DNA of 45,892 nt from Nitrospirota bacterium (GTDB lineage: Bacteria > Nitrospirota > UBA9217): NCBI GenBank assembly GCA_029858565.1, contig JAOUEV010000027.1, forward strand, positions 1 to 45,892, in the 5' to 3' direction. Each line of letters begins with the position of its first letter. Positions within the stretch are counted from its first letter, which is position 1. Position numbers and translations under genes: made by a program. Of the stretch, positions 22,033-31,638 are shown in pieces. The notes beneath the pieces are model-generated. The model did no database searches. It was not told the DNA's origin and saw nothing but the letters and a program-made list of their open reading frames with translations.

Positions 22033-22311
22033 TCAAGCATCTACATAGCACAGATCGTTATCACCGAATCCACAATCATCAGGAAGAACAGTTTGTTCGC
22101 CATGTCCCTTCACTGCTTCCTTTATCGACTGGAACGCTCCTGGAGCGGCATGAACGACTTCGAATTCCCTGGTCTCGATCCACGCGACATCATCCATCTC
22201 GTCCCTGAAAGCTCTCACTTCATAGGCTTCGGTCAAGGTCTCTCGCATGACGGAGGCTTTCTTTGATGCAGTTTTCCTTTTGGCTTTTTTTGCGGTTTTT
22301 ACCGGTGTCAT
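22033..22311 (-). CDS. orphan small protein (92 aa), basic N-terminus and acidic Cys-containing C-terminus
   Basis: Own TGtTATAAT extended -10 (about 22337-22345, minus strand) and strong AGAAAGGTGGTGA SD; lies in the leuA-leuC gap without overlap. Confidence 0.7.
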   Translation of the reverse strand: MTPVKTAKKAKRKTASKKASVMRETLTEAYEVRAFRDEMDDVAWIETREFEVVHAAPGAFQSIKEAVKGHGEQTVLPDDCGFGDNDLCYVDA

Positions 22312-22526
22312 AGAGGATCACCACCTTTCTGACTCAATTATAACACCTTGTCATGAGGTGCTGCTGATTGCCGGCATACCCCCTGCAATGTTATCCAACA
22401 TTTTCGGCAAGTTAGCATACTCCCGAATACGACTTATGTTCTAGATGCGCTCGCTTGACCCGCGGCAAACTGCTGCTGCGAAACAGCCGTGGAGCGGTTT
22501 TCCTTGAAAAAACAGAGAAAAAACTA

Positions 22527-22555
22527 TTGCAAGGGAAATTCAGATATTGTATATT
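22527..22555 (+). promoter_or_regulatory. promoter placed for a (near-)leaderless leuC transcript
   Basis: TTGCAA-17 nt-TATATT, then 8 nt to the ATG at 22564; no SD. Confidence 0.6.
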
Positions 22556-22563
22556 TGCAAACT

Positions 22564-23826
22564 ATGCCGATGACAATCACTGAAAAGATATTGGCCGCAC
22601 ACTGCGGCAAGAAAGAGGTCGCTCCGGGCGAACTCATCAACGCAAAGCTGGACCTGGTGCTGGCTAACGACATCACTGCGCCAATCGCGATCAAGGAATA
22701 CCGGGCCACTGGTGCGAAGAAGGTCTTCAATAACGAGCGTATCGCGCTGATACCGGACCATTTCGCGCCGAACAAGGACATCGCGTCAGCGGAACAGTGC
22801 AACATGCTCCGTCAATTCTCGCGCGAGAACGATCTGTCCCTTTACTTTGAGGTAGGCCGCATGGGCGTCGAGCACGCACTGCTGCCCGAACAGGGTCTCG
22901 TGGTCCCCGGCGATGTTGTTATCGGGGCCGACAGCCACACCTGCACGTATGGCGGTCTCGGAGCGTTCTCTACCGGCGTAGGCAGCACGGACGTTGCTGC
23001 TGCCATGATCACGGGCGAGGCATGGTTCAAGGTCCCCGAGACAATGAAGTTCGTTTACAAGGGGAAGGCCGGCAAGTGGATAGGCGGCAAGGACATTATC
23101 CTGCGCACGATCGGAGATATCGGCGTGGATGGAGCCTTGTATCGCGCCATGGAGTTCACCGGCGAAGCGATCAAGAAACTTTCCATGGCCGGACGTCTCA
23201 CCATCTGCAATATGGCGATCGAAGCGGGCGGCAAGAACGGCATTATCGAGCCCGATGAGATAACCGAGAAGTACGTTGCCAAACGCGCCCGCAGAAAATA
23301 TAAGTTCTACAAGAGCGATAAAAAGGCAAATTATGTCGAGGTGCGGGAATATGACCTTACGGGCATGGAGCCCCAGGTCGCCTGTCCTCATCTTCCCGAG
23401 AACGTAAAGCCGGTATCCGCGCTCGGTTCCATCAACGTGGACCAGTCTGTTATCGGGTCTTGTACCAACGGCAGGATCGAGGACATCCGGGAAGCAGCCA
23501 AGGTGATCAAGGGCCACAAGGTCCATCCCTATGTGCGCATGATCGTGATCCCGGCAACCCAGGCCGTTTACAAGCAGTCCATCAAGGAAGGGCTCGTGGA
23601 CATCTTCATCGATGCGGGCGCAGCATTCAGCACGCCGACCTGCGGTCCCTGCCTTGGCGGGCATATGGGTATCCTGGCGGCAGGCGAGAAGGCCATCACG
23701 ACCACGAACCGCAATTTCGTCGGCCGTATGGGAAGTCCCAAGAGTGAAGTGTACTTGTCCAACCCTGCCATAGCCGCAGCATCGGCGATACTCGGAAGGA
23801 TCGGCACGCCGGAAGAGCTGAAATAA
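22564..23826 (+). CDS. leuC: 3-isopropylmalate dehydratase large subunit (short type 2)
   Basis: [34 protein letters not shown]. Confidence 0.97.
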   Translation: MPMTITEKILAAHCGKKEVAPGELINAKLDLVLANDITAPIAIKEYRATGAKKVFNNERIALIPDHFAPNKDIASAEQCNMLRQFSRENDLSLYFEVGRMGVEHALLPEQGLVVPGDVVIGADSHTCTYGGLGAFSTGVGSTDVAAAMITGEAWFKVPETMKFVYKGKAGKWIGGKDIILRTIGDIGVDGALYRAMEFTGEAIKKLSMAGRLTICNMAIEAGGKNGIIEPDEITEKYVAKRARRKYKFYKSDKKANYVEVREYDLTGMEPQVACPHLPENVKPVSALGSINVDQSVIGSCTNGRIEDIREAAKVIKGHKVHPYVRMIVIPATQAVYKQSIKEGLVDIFIDAGAAFSTPTCGPCLGGHMGILAAGEKAITTTNRNFVGRMGSPKSEVYLSNPAIAAASAILGRIGTPEELK

Positions 23827-23832
23827 ACTATT

Positions 23833-23887
23833 GCCACGGAGACAGAGAAGTCGATCTAATCCGTGTAGATACTCGTTCATCCGTGGC
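23833..23887. repeat. short inverted-repeat element of the CACGGA/TCCGTG family
   Basis: GCCACGGA...ATCCGTG...TTCATCCGTGGC in the leuC-leuD spacer. Confidence 0.6.
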
Positions 23888-23902
23888 TAACATGAGGTTT
23901 CA

Positions 23903-24400
23903 ATGAAATTCAAAGGCAAAACATGGAAGTTCGGCGCGGATGTTGATACGGACGCGATCATCCCTGCACGGTATCTGAACACCTCCGATCCCAAGGAACT
24001 GGCAAAACACTGCATGGAAGATTCCACGAATCCGGACTTCATGAAGAAGATGCAGCCCGGCGACATCATCGTGGCTGAAAAGAACTTCGGATGCGGTTCT
24101 TCGCGTGAGCACGCACCGATCTCGATCAAGGCGGCCGGGGTGTCTTGTGTCGTGGCAAAGAGCTTCGCCCGTATCTTCTACCGGAACTGCTTTAATATGG
24201 GTCTTCCGATATTCGAGAGTGTTGAGGCTGTCGAGGGGATCAAGGAAGGCGACCAGATCGAAGTGGATGCAGATGCCGGTGTCATCCGCAATCTGACCTC
24301 GGGCAAGGAATTCAAGGTCGCGGCAGTGCCTCCGTTCATGCAGGAACTGATTGCGGCCGGCGGTCTCATGGCGTACACGAAGAAGAAGGCAGGACTCTGA
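23903..24400 (+). CDS. leuD: 3-isopropylmalate dehydratase small subunit
   Basis: DTDAIIPARYLNT, NFGCGSSREHA, SFARIFYRN. Confidence 0.97.
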   Translation: MKFKGKTWKFGADVDTDAIIPARYLNTSDPKELAKHCMEDSTNPDFMKKMQPGDIIVAEKNFGCGSSREHAPISIKAAGVSCVVAKSFARIFYRNCFNMGLPIFESVEAVEGIKEGDQIEVDADAGVIRNLTSGKEFKVAAVPPFMQELIAAGGLMAYTKKKAGL

Positions 24401-24706
24401 GTTGACGGCTTGTTTCAAGCTGATGAAAGCGCTCCAACCAGGTCGGCAACAGCCGGCTCGTACTTCTCTCTGCGAACCCTGCGTATACTTCAGCCGAAAC
24501 ACCGATCCCACACAGCTAGGTAATCAACATCCGCTTGCTGCCCCTTCGTGCTGCGGCCTCGATTATCTGCCGGGAGACAACGGCTGCAGTGAAATGCGGA
24601 CAAATAACTGTAGCTCGAGAAAAAAGAAGGATTAAGGCATTATCAGGATCTCATCCTGTTGTCCTGCCAAAGGTTGTCTATTTTCCTGAGGGGGTTCAGA
24701 TACTTC

Positions 24707-25783
24707 ATGGCCAAAACCTATAAGATAGCGACGATCCCGGGGGACGGAACCGGACCCGAGGTTGTTCTTGAAGCGAAGAAGGTTCTTGCTGCGGCCGCGT
24801 CAAAGGGTGGATTCAAACTTGAGTTCACGGAATTCGATTTTGGTTCCGCGCGGTATCTCAAAACAGGAGAGACGCTTCCCGACAGCGCGATCGGAGAGTT
24901 CAAGAAGTTCGATTCCATGTTCCTGGGGGCCATCGGTCATCCTGATGTGAAACCGGGCATTCTTGAAGCGGGGATACTGCTCAAGATCCGCTTTGCCCTG
25001 GACCAGTACATCAATCTTCGGCCGGTAAAACTCTACCCCAACGTGGAGACGCCGCTCAAGGACAAGGGGCCGGAACATATCGACTTTGTGGTGATCCGCG
25101 AGAATACCGGCGGTATCTACACGGGCCATGGCGGAGCAACACGTGTCGGCACGACCGAAGAGATCGCGACCCAGCTCATGGTCTACGACCGCCGGACCGT
25201 GGATCGCTGCCTTAAGTACGCTTTTGAGCTGAAAAAGAAGCGCAATGCCCAGAATAAGAAGTATGCTGATAAACCGATCACGCTGATACATAAACGGAAC
25301 GTGCTGACCCATTGCGGGGACCTGTGGTATCGTGCTTTCGAGGAAATGGGCGCGAAGCAGTATTCCGATCTCAAACGCGACTACAACCATGTTGATGCCG
25401 CGAACATGTGGTTTGTGAAGAATCCCGAGTGGTTCGATGTGGCAGTGACGGAGAACCTTTTCGGCGACATTATTACTGATCTGGGCGCCATGATCCAGGG
25501 AGGTTTGGGCGTGGCCTCGGGCGGGAATATCAACCCTGAGGGGGTTTCCATGTTCGAACCCATGGGCGGCAGCGCGCCTAAGTATGCAGGCCAGAACGTG
25601 ATCAATCCCATGGCAGCCATCGGTGCGGCAATGATGATGCTCGATTCGCTCGGAGAGTCGAAATCTGCGGCTGCGATCGAGACTGCAATGATCGCGACCA
25701 TGAAGAAAATGAAGAGTCAGGCAGCAGGCAAGATGGGCATGTCGACCACGGAAGTGGGAGACCTGGTCGCGAATTCACTGTAA
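24707..25783 (+). CDS. leuB: 3-isopropylmalate dehydrogenase
   Basis: [46 protein letters not shown]. Confidence 0.93.
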   Translation: MAKTYKIATIPGDGTGPEVVLEAKKVLAAAASKGGFKLEFTEFDFGSARYLKTGETLPDSAIGEFKKFDSMFLGAIGHPDVKPGILEAGILLKIRFALDQYINLRPVKLYPNVETPLKDKGPEHIDFVVIRENTGGIYTGHGGATRVGTTEEIATQLMVYDRRTVDRCLKYAFELKKKRNAQNKKYADKPITLIHKRNVLTHCGDLWYRAFEEMGAKQYSDLKRDYNHVDAANMWFVKNPEWFDVAVTENLFGDIITDLGAMIQGGLGVASGGNINPEGVSMFEPMGGSAPKYAGQNVINPMAAIGAAMMMLDSLGESKSAAAIETAMIATMKKMKSQAAGKMGMSTTEVGDLVANSL

Positions 25784-25838
25784 TTATAAAATTCTGAATA
25801 TCGCATTCGGACTACAAAGAACAAGGGGAACAACAGGT

Positions 25839-26951
25839 ATGATGAAAGTTGGCATGATAGGCTGGCGCGGCATGGTAGGCTCGGTGCTCATGGGCCGCAT
25901 GAAGGAAGAAAAGGATTTCGATCACATCGAGCCGGTGTTCTTCACCACCTCGAACGCGGGCGGCAAGGCGCCGAACGTGGGCAAGGGCGATTCCACGCTC
26001 AAGGATGCAAAGAATATTGATGACCTCAGGAAGATGGACGTCATCCTGACCTGCCAGGGCGGGGACTACACGAAGGAGGTCTACCCCAAACTTCGTGAAG
26101 CCGGCTGGAAAGGCTACTGGATCGATGCTGCGTCGGCGCTCCGCATGACCACCGACTCGATCATCATCCTTGACCCCGTGAACATGAACGTGATCAAGGA
26201 CGGCATGGTCAAGGGCGTCAAGAACTACATCGGCGGCAACTGCACGGTGTCCCTCATGCTCATGGCTCTGGGAGGGATCTACGAGAAAGGCCTCGTTGAG
26301 TGGATGAGCGCCATGACCTACCAGGCGGCTTCGGGCGCTGGCGCGAACAACATGCGCGAGCTGATCAAGCAGATGGGTTCGGTCCACGGCCAGGTGAAGG
26401 ATCTTCTGGCCGACCCGGCCTCTGCGATCCTCGATATCGACAAAAAGGTCTCCGACCACATACGTTCCGATGACTATCCCAAGGAGTTCTTTGGTGCGCC
26501 GCTGGCGGGCTCGTTGATCCCTTGGATCGACGTGCAGCTCGAGAGCGGTCAGAGCAAGGAAGAGTGGAAAGGCCAGGCTGAGACGAACAAGATCCTTGGT
26601 CGCGAAAAGAATCCGATCCCGATCGACGGGACCTGTGTGCGCATCGGCGCGATGCGCTGCCACAGCCAGGCGCTGACGATCAAAATGACCAAAGACATCC
26701 CCCTGAACGAGATCACGGACATGATCTCGAAGCACAATAATTGGGTGAAGGTCGTTCCGAACGTGCGGGAGATCACGGTAAAGGAGCTAACGCCCGCTGC
26801 GATCACCGGAACTCTCACGGTGCCAGTCGGCCGGCTCCGGAAGATGAACATGGGGCCGACGTTTCTGAATGCATTTACCTGCGGCGATCAACTGCTCTGG
26901 GGCGCTGCGGAACCGCTCAGGAGAATGCTCAGGATCGTGATCGAGAAGTAG
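25839..26951 (+). CDS. asd: aspartate-semialdehyde dehydrogenase (E. coli/proteobacterial type)
   Basis: [50 protein letters not shown]. Confidence 0.96.
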   Translation: MMKVGMIGWRGMVGSVLMGRMKEEKDFDHIEPVFFTTSNAGGKAPNVGKGDSTLKDAKNIDDLRKMDVILTCQGGDYTKEVYPKLREAGWKGYWIDAASALRMTTDSIIILDPVNMNVIKDGMVKGVKNYIGGNCTVSLMLMALGGIYEKGLVEWMSAMTYQAASGAGANNMRELIKQMGSVHGQVKDLLADPASAILDIDKKVSDHIRSDDYPKEFFGAPLAGSLIPWIDVQLESGQSKEEWKGQAETNKILGREKNPIPIDGTCVRIGAMRCHSQALTIKMTKDIPLNEITDMISKHNNWVKVVPNVREITVKELTPAAITGTLTVPVGRLRKMNMGPTFLNAFTCGDQLLWGAAEPLRRMLRIVIEK

Positions 26952-27077
26952 ACAACGTACGGAATGAACGGAGACAGGACCGGCAGGCAAGGACCGATGC
27001 GAGAATGCTCGACATCTGGTTCAAATCCTGCTATCCTGTCTCTGCTGTTTCCAGCCAAGTTATAACCAGGATTTGAG

Positions 27078-28091
27078 ATGTTTAATAAGAAGAATACCTA
27101 CAGGATAGCCATAGCCGGAGCCACGGGAGCCGTGGGCCGTGAGATGATCGAGATACTGGAAGAGCGCAACTTCCCGGTATCGGAGATCATCCCGCTTGCT
27201 TCGGAGAATTCCGAAGGTGAGCGACTTGAGTTCAAAGGCACGAGCCGGACGGTCAAGCGCCTGACCAGGGACTCTTTTGAAGGCGTGGACATCGCGCTGT
27301 TTTCGGCAGGTGCGGAGCGAAGTCTCGAGTTCGCGCCCGCGGCCGTGAAGGCCGGGGCTGTGGTGATCGACAACTCGAGCGCTTTCCGCATGGACCCGAA
27401 GGTGCCATTGGTTGTCCCGGAAGTCAATGGGCAGGCGATCTCAGGGCATCAGGGGATCATTGCGAATCCCAATTGTTCCACCATCGGCATGGTTATGGCT
27501 TTAAAACCGCTCCATGACGCTGCCACCATACGGCGTATTGTGGTGACAACATTCCAGTCCGTATCAGGGACGGGAAAAAAGGGAATGGACGAACTGGCAA
27601 GCCAGACCGTGGCTCTTCTGAATTTCAAGGACGTGGAAACAAAGGTCTATCCGAATCAGATCGCTTTCAATTGTTTGCCGCATATCGACGCCTTCCTGGA
27701 GAACGGCTATACCAAAGAAGAGATGAAGATGGTGAACGAGACGCGGAAGATCCTGGGCGTTGCGACATTGGCGGTCAGTGCCACTGCTGTGCGGGTGCCT
27801 GTGTTCCGCGGTCATGCCGAGTCGATCAACGTCGAGACCGAAAAGCCCTTGTCTCCCAACGATGCACGGGCTGCCCTTTCCCGCATGCCGGGCGTCCTTG
27901 TATACGATGATCCCGGCCGGAACATCTATCCGCTGCAGATCGATGTTACGGGCAAGGATGAGGTCTACGTAGGCAGGATACGAGTGGACGAAACAGTGCC
28001 GAACGGTCTTAATCTATGGGTGGTGTCGGACAATCTCAGAAAAGGCGCTGCCCTGAACGCAGTGCAGATCGCTGAGCTCTTGATAAAATAG
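27078..28091 (+). CDS. asd: aspartate-semialdehyde dehydrogenase (type B)
   Basis: GATGAVG, DNSSAFR, ANPNCST, QSVSGTG, RVPVFRGHAE, DNLRKGAALNAVQIAE. Confidence 0.93.
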   Translation: MFNKKNTYRIAIAGATGAVGREMIEILEERNFPVSEIIPLASENSEGERLEFKGTSRTVKRLTRDSFEGVDIALFSAGAERSLEFAPAAVKAGAVVIDNSSAFRMDPKVPLVVPEVNGQAISGHQGIIANPNCSTIGMVMALKPLHDAATIRRIVVTTFQSVSGTGKKGMDELASQTVALLNFKDVETKVYPNQIAFNCLPHIDAFLENGYTKEEMKMVNETRKILGVATLAVSATAVRVPVFRGHAESINVETEKPLSPNDARAALSRMPGVLVYDDPGRNIYPLQIDVTGKDEVYVGRIRVDETVPNGLNLWVVSDNLRKGAALNAVQIAELLIK

Positions 28092-28118
28092 ATCGTTCTT
28101 ATTCGGGAACAGTGGCCA

Positions 28119-28958
28119 ATGTTCGATTTTCTCTCAAAACTCTTTGACAAGCTTGATGAGGGCCTGAGCGCCCGCGAGAAGACCATTTTCATCTCCATAC
28201 TTCTCATCATATCCATCATCGGCATCGTACTTGCCGTGCGCTATTACAACTATATCCAGAAGAATCCCGAATTCTGCAGTAGTTGTCATCTGATGGAGGA
28301 AGCGTACTCAGCGTGGAAGCAGAGCGGCCATCGCTTCATTGTTTGCCAGGACTGCCACCGGCTCGGCATTATTGAGCAGAACCGGTTACTGGTCAAGTTT
28401 GTTTTTACCACGGACCGCAAGACCCCGGAACCGCACGGGAACGTCACGCCCTGGCAGACCTGCACGCATTGCCATTGGGACGAGGCAACGAAGCAAGGTG
28501 CGATCTCGGTGAACAAGTCGATCGGCCATGCCCGCCACGTGACCGTGGAAAAGCTTTCCTGTATGGATTGCCATACCAGGAGCGTTCATGCATTCCGGCC
28601 TGACAAACAGGCCTGCCTGCGCTGTCACCACGACTGGAAGATCCATGGTATCGGGATGGAGGAAGCATCCTGCATGACCTGCCACCCTTTTTCGCCGAAG
28701 ACACCGGGAGGCTTTATCCCCGATCGTGAGCGCTGTCTGTCCTGTCACAGGAACTCCCCGCGGACCGCTTTTCCCGCAAAAGTTCCCATGGCACGCTTGA
28801 ACTGCTACGAGTGCCATAAACCCCATACAAGGATCAAGCCTGCTGAAGATGACTGCTTGCGCTGTCATACGCGCGAGGTTCTTGCCGCCAAGCCGGTCCA
28901 TCACTCTGAGAAGCGCTGTATCAGCTGCCATATTCCCCACCGGTGGATCGCGCAATAA
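28119..28958 (+). CDS. membrane-anchored decaheme c-type cytochrome (NapC/NirT-like N-terminus)
   Basis: One N-terminal TM helix, PEFCSSCH; 10 CxxCH motifs counted in 279 aa. Confidence 0.9.
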   Translation: MFDFLSKLFDKLDEGLSAREKTIFISILLIISIIGIVLAVRYYNYIQKNPEFCSSCHLMEEAYSAWKQSGHRFIVCQDCHRLGIIEQNRLLVKFVFTTDRKTPEPHGNVTPWQTCTHCHWDEATKQGAISVNKSIGHARHVTVEKLSCMDCHTRSVHAFRPDKQACLRCHHDWKIHGIGMEEASCMTCHPFSPKTPGGFIPDRERCLSCHRNSPRTAFPAKVPMARLNCYECHKPHTRIKPAEDDCLRCHTREVLAAKPVHHSEKRCISCHIPHRWIAQ

Positions 28959-28995
28959 TCGTTGCATTTTGAATCTATAATTACAGGGTTTTTGC

Positions 28996-29019
28996 CAGGA
29001 CATGATTTGTCCTGTTTTT
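28996..29019 (+). terminator. intrinsic terminator after the cytochrome gene
   Basis: CAGGACA-tgatt-TGTCCTG followed by TTTTT. Confidence 0.65.
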
Positions 29020-29063
29020 GTTTCGCATATAGCAAAAAGATGCAATAATAATCATTCCTTCAG

Positions 29064-29092
29064 TTTGTAGATGCAAGTATTTGTGATATAAT
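29064..29092 (+). promoter_or_regulatory. promoter of the small HTH gene
   Basis: TTTGTA-17 nt-TATAAT with extended TG, inside an AT-rich patch. Confidence 0.55.
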
Positions 29093-29171
29093 AAAACACG
29101 AATTACTAGGAATAATATAATTAGAATTTTAGTGCAATCCTTGACAGCTTTTTGAGGAAAGTGAGGGGCAT

Positions 29172-29360
29172 ATGTATAATATTGAAATATTAGAAAAAAA
29201 GAGACTGGAAAAGGGTTTGAGCTACACGGAAATTGCTGAGAAGCTTGGGATCCACAAGGTGACGGTTTCCCGCACATTAAAAGGAGTAACAATGAAACCG
29301 CGAACTGTAAAACTCCTTGCGGACTATCTCGGTGTTGAGATGAATCGGATCGTGCAATAA
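29172..29360 (+). CDS. stand-alone Cro/XRE-type HTH protein (62 aa)
   Basis: RLEKGLSYTEIAEKLGIHKVTVSRTLKG...LADYLGV; GAGGGG SD. Confidence 0.88.
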   Translation: MYNIEILEKKRLEKGLSYTEIAEKLGIHKVTVSRTLKGVTMKPRTVKLLADYLGVEMNRIVQ

Positions 29361-29418
29361 ACCTGGCGAGTTTTGTGATGGGCATGGTGCATGTAATTAT
29401 TGCTGGTGCCGTTTTGGG

Positions 29419-29446
29419 AGGCAGGGGAATGCCCCTGCCTTTTTTT
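29419..29446 (+). terminator. intrinsic terminator
   Basis: AGGCAGGGG-aatg-CCCCTGCCT followed by TTTTTT. Confidence 0.85.
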
Positions 29447-29659
29447 ACTTCATCCCAGGCTCAACATCTGCCGAAAATCTGAAGACCGAGCACTTCCCGC
29501 TGATAAAGCCTCTTGTACCCACCTTTAACAGGGTAAAACGAAATCCCCTCTACAGTTATCGCCGCTTCACTTCAGGACAGATCTAGTGCAGTAGTGCGCT
29601 TAACTTGACCTCACCGTTTATGGAGATGGTCTTTCAATTATGTATTCCTGTATGGTAAT

Positions 29660-30487
29660 ATGCGTCTCCTTATGCAACATATGAACGATATTGCCGACAT
29701 GCGTGATGTCGCTGTTCACGCTGCTAAACGTGCGGGAGCGTTGTTGCGTGATAGTTTTGGCGGCCGGCGCGAAATCTCCTACAAAGGAGAGATAAATCTG
29801 GTCACCGAGATGGACCGATTGTCGGAAAAGACCATCGTGTCCGAGATCAGCTCGGCCTTTCCGGGGCATAGCATCGTTGCCGAAGAAGGCGCGAATATTG
29901 AGAACGGCTCGGGGTATCTTTGGGTGATCGATCCGCTGGACGGGACAACGAACTACGCCCACGGCTATCCCCAGTTCGCTGTTTCCATTGGCCTGGAGTA
30001 TGCGGGGAACATCGTACTGGGTATTGTGTATGACCCGCTGCGCGAGGAACTGTTCACGGCCATGCGCGGCAATGGCGCGCAGTTGAACGGCACGACTATC
30101 AGCGTGTCCCGCACGAGCGATCTTATCCGGAGCTTGCTGGCCACGGGCTTCCCTTATGATCGTGCAAACTGCAAGGAGAACAATCTCGACTACTTTAACG
30201 CCATGATAATGGTGTCCCAGGAGATCAGGAGAAACGGTTCCGCTGCCCTTGACCTGTGCAATGTTGCGGCCGGCAGGCTGGATGGATACTGGGAGCTTAA
30301 ATTGCGGCCTTGGGATGTGGCCGCGGGAAGCTTGATCGTTCGTGAAGCCGGCGGGACCGTCTCGGATCTCTCCGGGCAGCGGTTCAGTATTCGTGATGAG
30401 CTCATCATTGCGAGCAATGGCTTTATTCATCAGCAGATTATTGACGCACTCCGGCGAACAGGGGATTCTGAACCGTCAACAAAGTGA
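29660..30487 (+). CDS. suhB: inositol monophosphatase family protein SuhB
   Basis: LVTEMD, AEE, WVIDPLDGTTNYAHG, GSAALDL, WDVAAG; the start could be 29672 or 29681. Confidence 0.93.
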   Translation: MRLLMQHMNDIADMRDVAVHAAKRAGALLRDSFGGRREISYKGEINLVTEMDRLSEKTIVSEISSAFPGHSIVAEEGANIENGSGYLWVIDPLDGTTNYAHGYPQFAVSIGLEYAGNIVLGIVYDPLREELFTAMRGNGAQLNGTTISVSRTSDLIRSLLATGFPYDRANCKENNLDYFNAMIMVSQEIRRNGSAALDLCNVAAGRLDGYWELKLRPWDVAAGSLIVREAGGTVSDLSGQRFSIRDELIIASNGFIHQQIIDALRRTGDSEPSTK

Positions 30488-30492
30488 TTGCC

Positions 30493-31617
30493 ATGTCCTC
30501 AACAATTTCCCTGATACGGTGCTCGACCTACGAGCGCGAAGAGGTCGATGCGGCAGTGCGTCGGGCTATTGCGCTTATTGGCGGGATATCCCTGTACGTA
30601 CGACCCGGCCAGCGGGTCCTGATAAAACCGAATCTTCTCAAAGCCGCCCCTCCGGAGGCGGCGGTCACAACGCATCCCGAGATTGTCCGCACGATCATCA
30701 GGATGGTCCGGGAGGCCGGTGCCACTGCCCTGGTCGGCGACAGCCCCGGAATCGGCGATTATCGGAAAATCTGCCAACGGACGGGCATCCTTGCCGTTGC
30801 GGAGTCAGAGGGTGCGAAGATCGCTGATTTCAGCGAAGCCGTCGAGGTCAAGAACGCCGGCCGTTTTCAGCGATTCGAGATCGCCCGCGCGGTTGCTGAG
30901 GCAGATGTTGTTATCAACGTCCCAAAGTTCAAGACCCACGGCATGACGGTCCTCACGGGAGCTGTAAAGAACCTGTTCGGATGCATTCCCGGGAAGAGAA
31001 AGGTCCAGTGGCACTTCAACTCAGGCGTGGACCACGGCGCGTTCACGAGAATGCTCGTTGAGCTCTCCGCGCTGGTGAAACCGGGTCTCTCGGTGATGGA
31101 CGCGATCATCGGGATGGAAGGGAATGGTCCTGGAAGTGGCGATCCCCGTGCGATCGGTGCCGTGCTTGCAGGAGTGGATCCCGTGGCGCTTGACGTCGTT
31201 GCCGGCGCACTGGTCGGGCTCGGACCCGAGGCCCTTCCCATCCTGAAGGCTGCGAGGGATGCGAATATCGGGGAAACGGATCTGGCGCGAATATCCCAAG
31301 TGGGTGATGAACTTCGGTCGATGCAGGTGAGACACTTCAAGATCCCACCGCGCGATCATACTGAGTGGCGGGTCCCGGACTGGTTGCGGAGAACGCTTAA
31401 GGAAGCATTTACCACTCGTCCGGTCGTTGACCAGCAGCATTGCGTTCGATGCGGCATTTGCGTGAATCATTGCCCCCGGCAGGCAATACACTATGGAAAG
31501 TCCGGTCTTGTTTTCGACTACCGGAATTGCATTCGCTGCTACTGCTGCCAGGAGTTCTGCCCCCAGGGTGCGATAACGGTGGGCAGGGGATGGGCGCTGA
31601 AGATCCTGCGTGCATGA
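30493..31617 (+). CDS. DUF362 domain protein with C-terminal 2x[4Fe-4S] ferredoxin
   Basis: VLIKPNLL, TTHPE, INVPKFKTH, GAVKNLFG, DPVALD; CVRCGICVNHCP and CIRCYCCQEFCP. Confidence 0.92.
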   Translation: MSSTISLIRCSTYEREEVDAAVRRAIALIGGISLYVRPGQRVLIKPNLLKAAPPEAAVTTHPEIVRTIIRMVREAGATALVGDSPGIGDYRKICQRTGILAVAESEGAKIADFSEAVEVKNAGRFQRFEIARAVAEADVVINVPKFKTHGMTVLTGAVKNLFGCIPGKRKVQWHFNSGVDHGAFTRMLVELSALVKPGLSVMDAIIGMEGNGPGSGDPRAIGAVLAGVDPVALDVVAGALVGLGPEALPILKAARDANIGETDLARISQVGDELRSMQVRHFKIPPRDHTEWRVPDWLRRTLKEAFTTRPVVDQQHCVRCGICVNHCPRQAIHYGKSGLVFDYRNCIRCYCCQEFCPQGAITVGRGWALKILRA

Positions 31618-31638
31618 ACGGGCGAACTGGTGCGACCG

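Noticed and set aside
22459-22495. c-di-GMP-I (GEMM) riboswitch suggested by GGCAAAC...GAAA
   Set aside because: It lacks the GACGCAAA/P2 elements and lies upstream of the predicted leuC promoter; it is just a hairpin.
24420-24500. Hammerhead ribozyme suggested by CTGATGA ... GAAAC
   Set aside because: The bases after CTGATGA (AAGCG) do not pair with those before GAAA (CAGCC), so stem II cannot form; no stem I/III geometry either.
28960-29660. AT-rich patch as a replication origin or prophage attachment site
   Set aside because: I saw no DnaA-box cluster, integrase, tRNA or flanking direct repeat.
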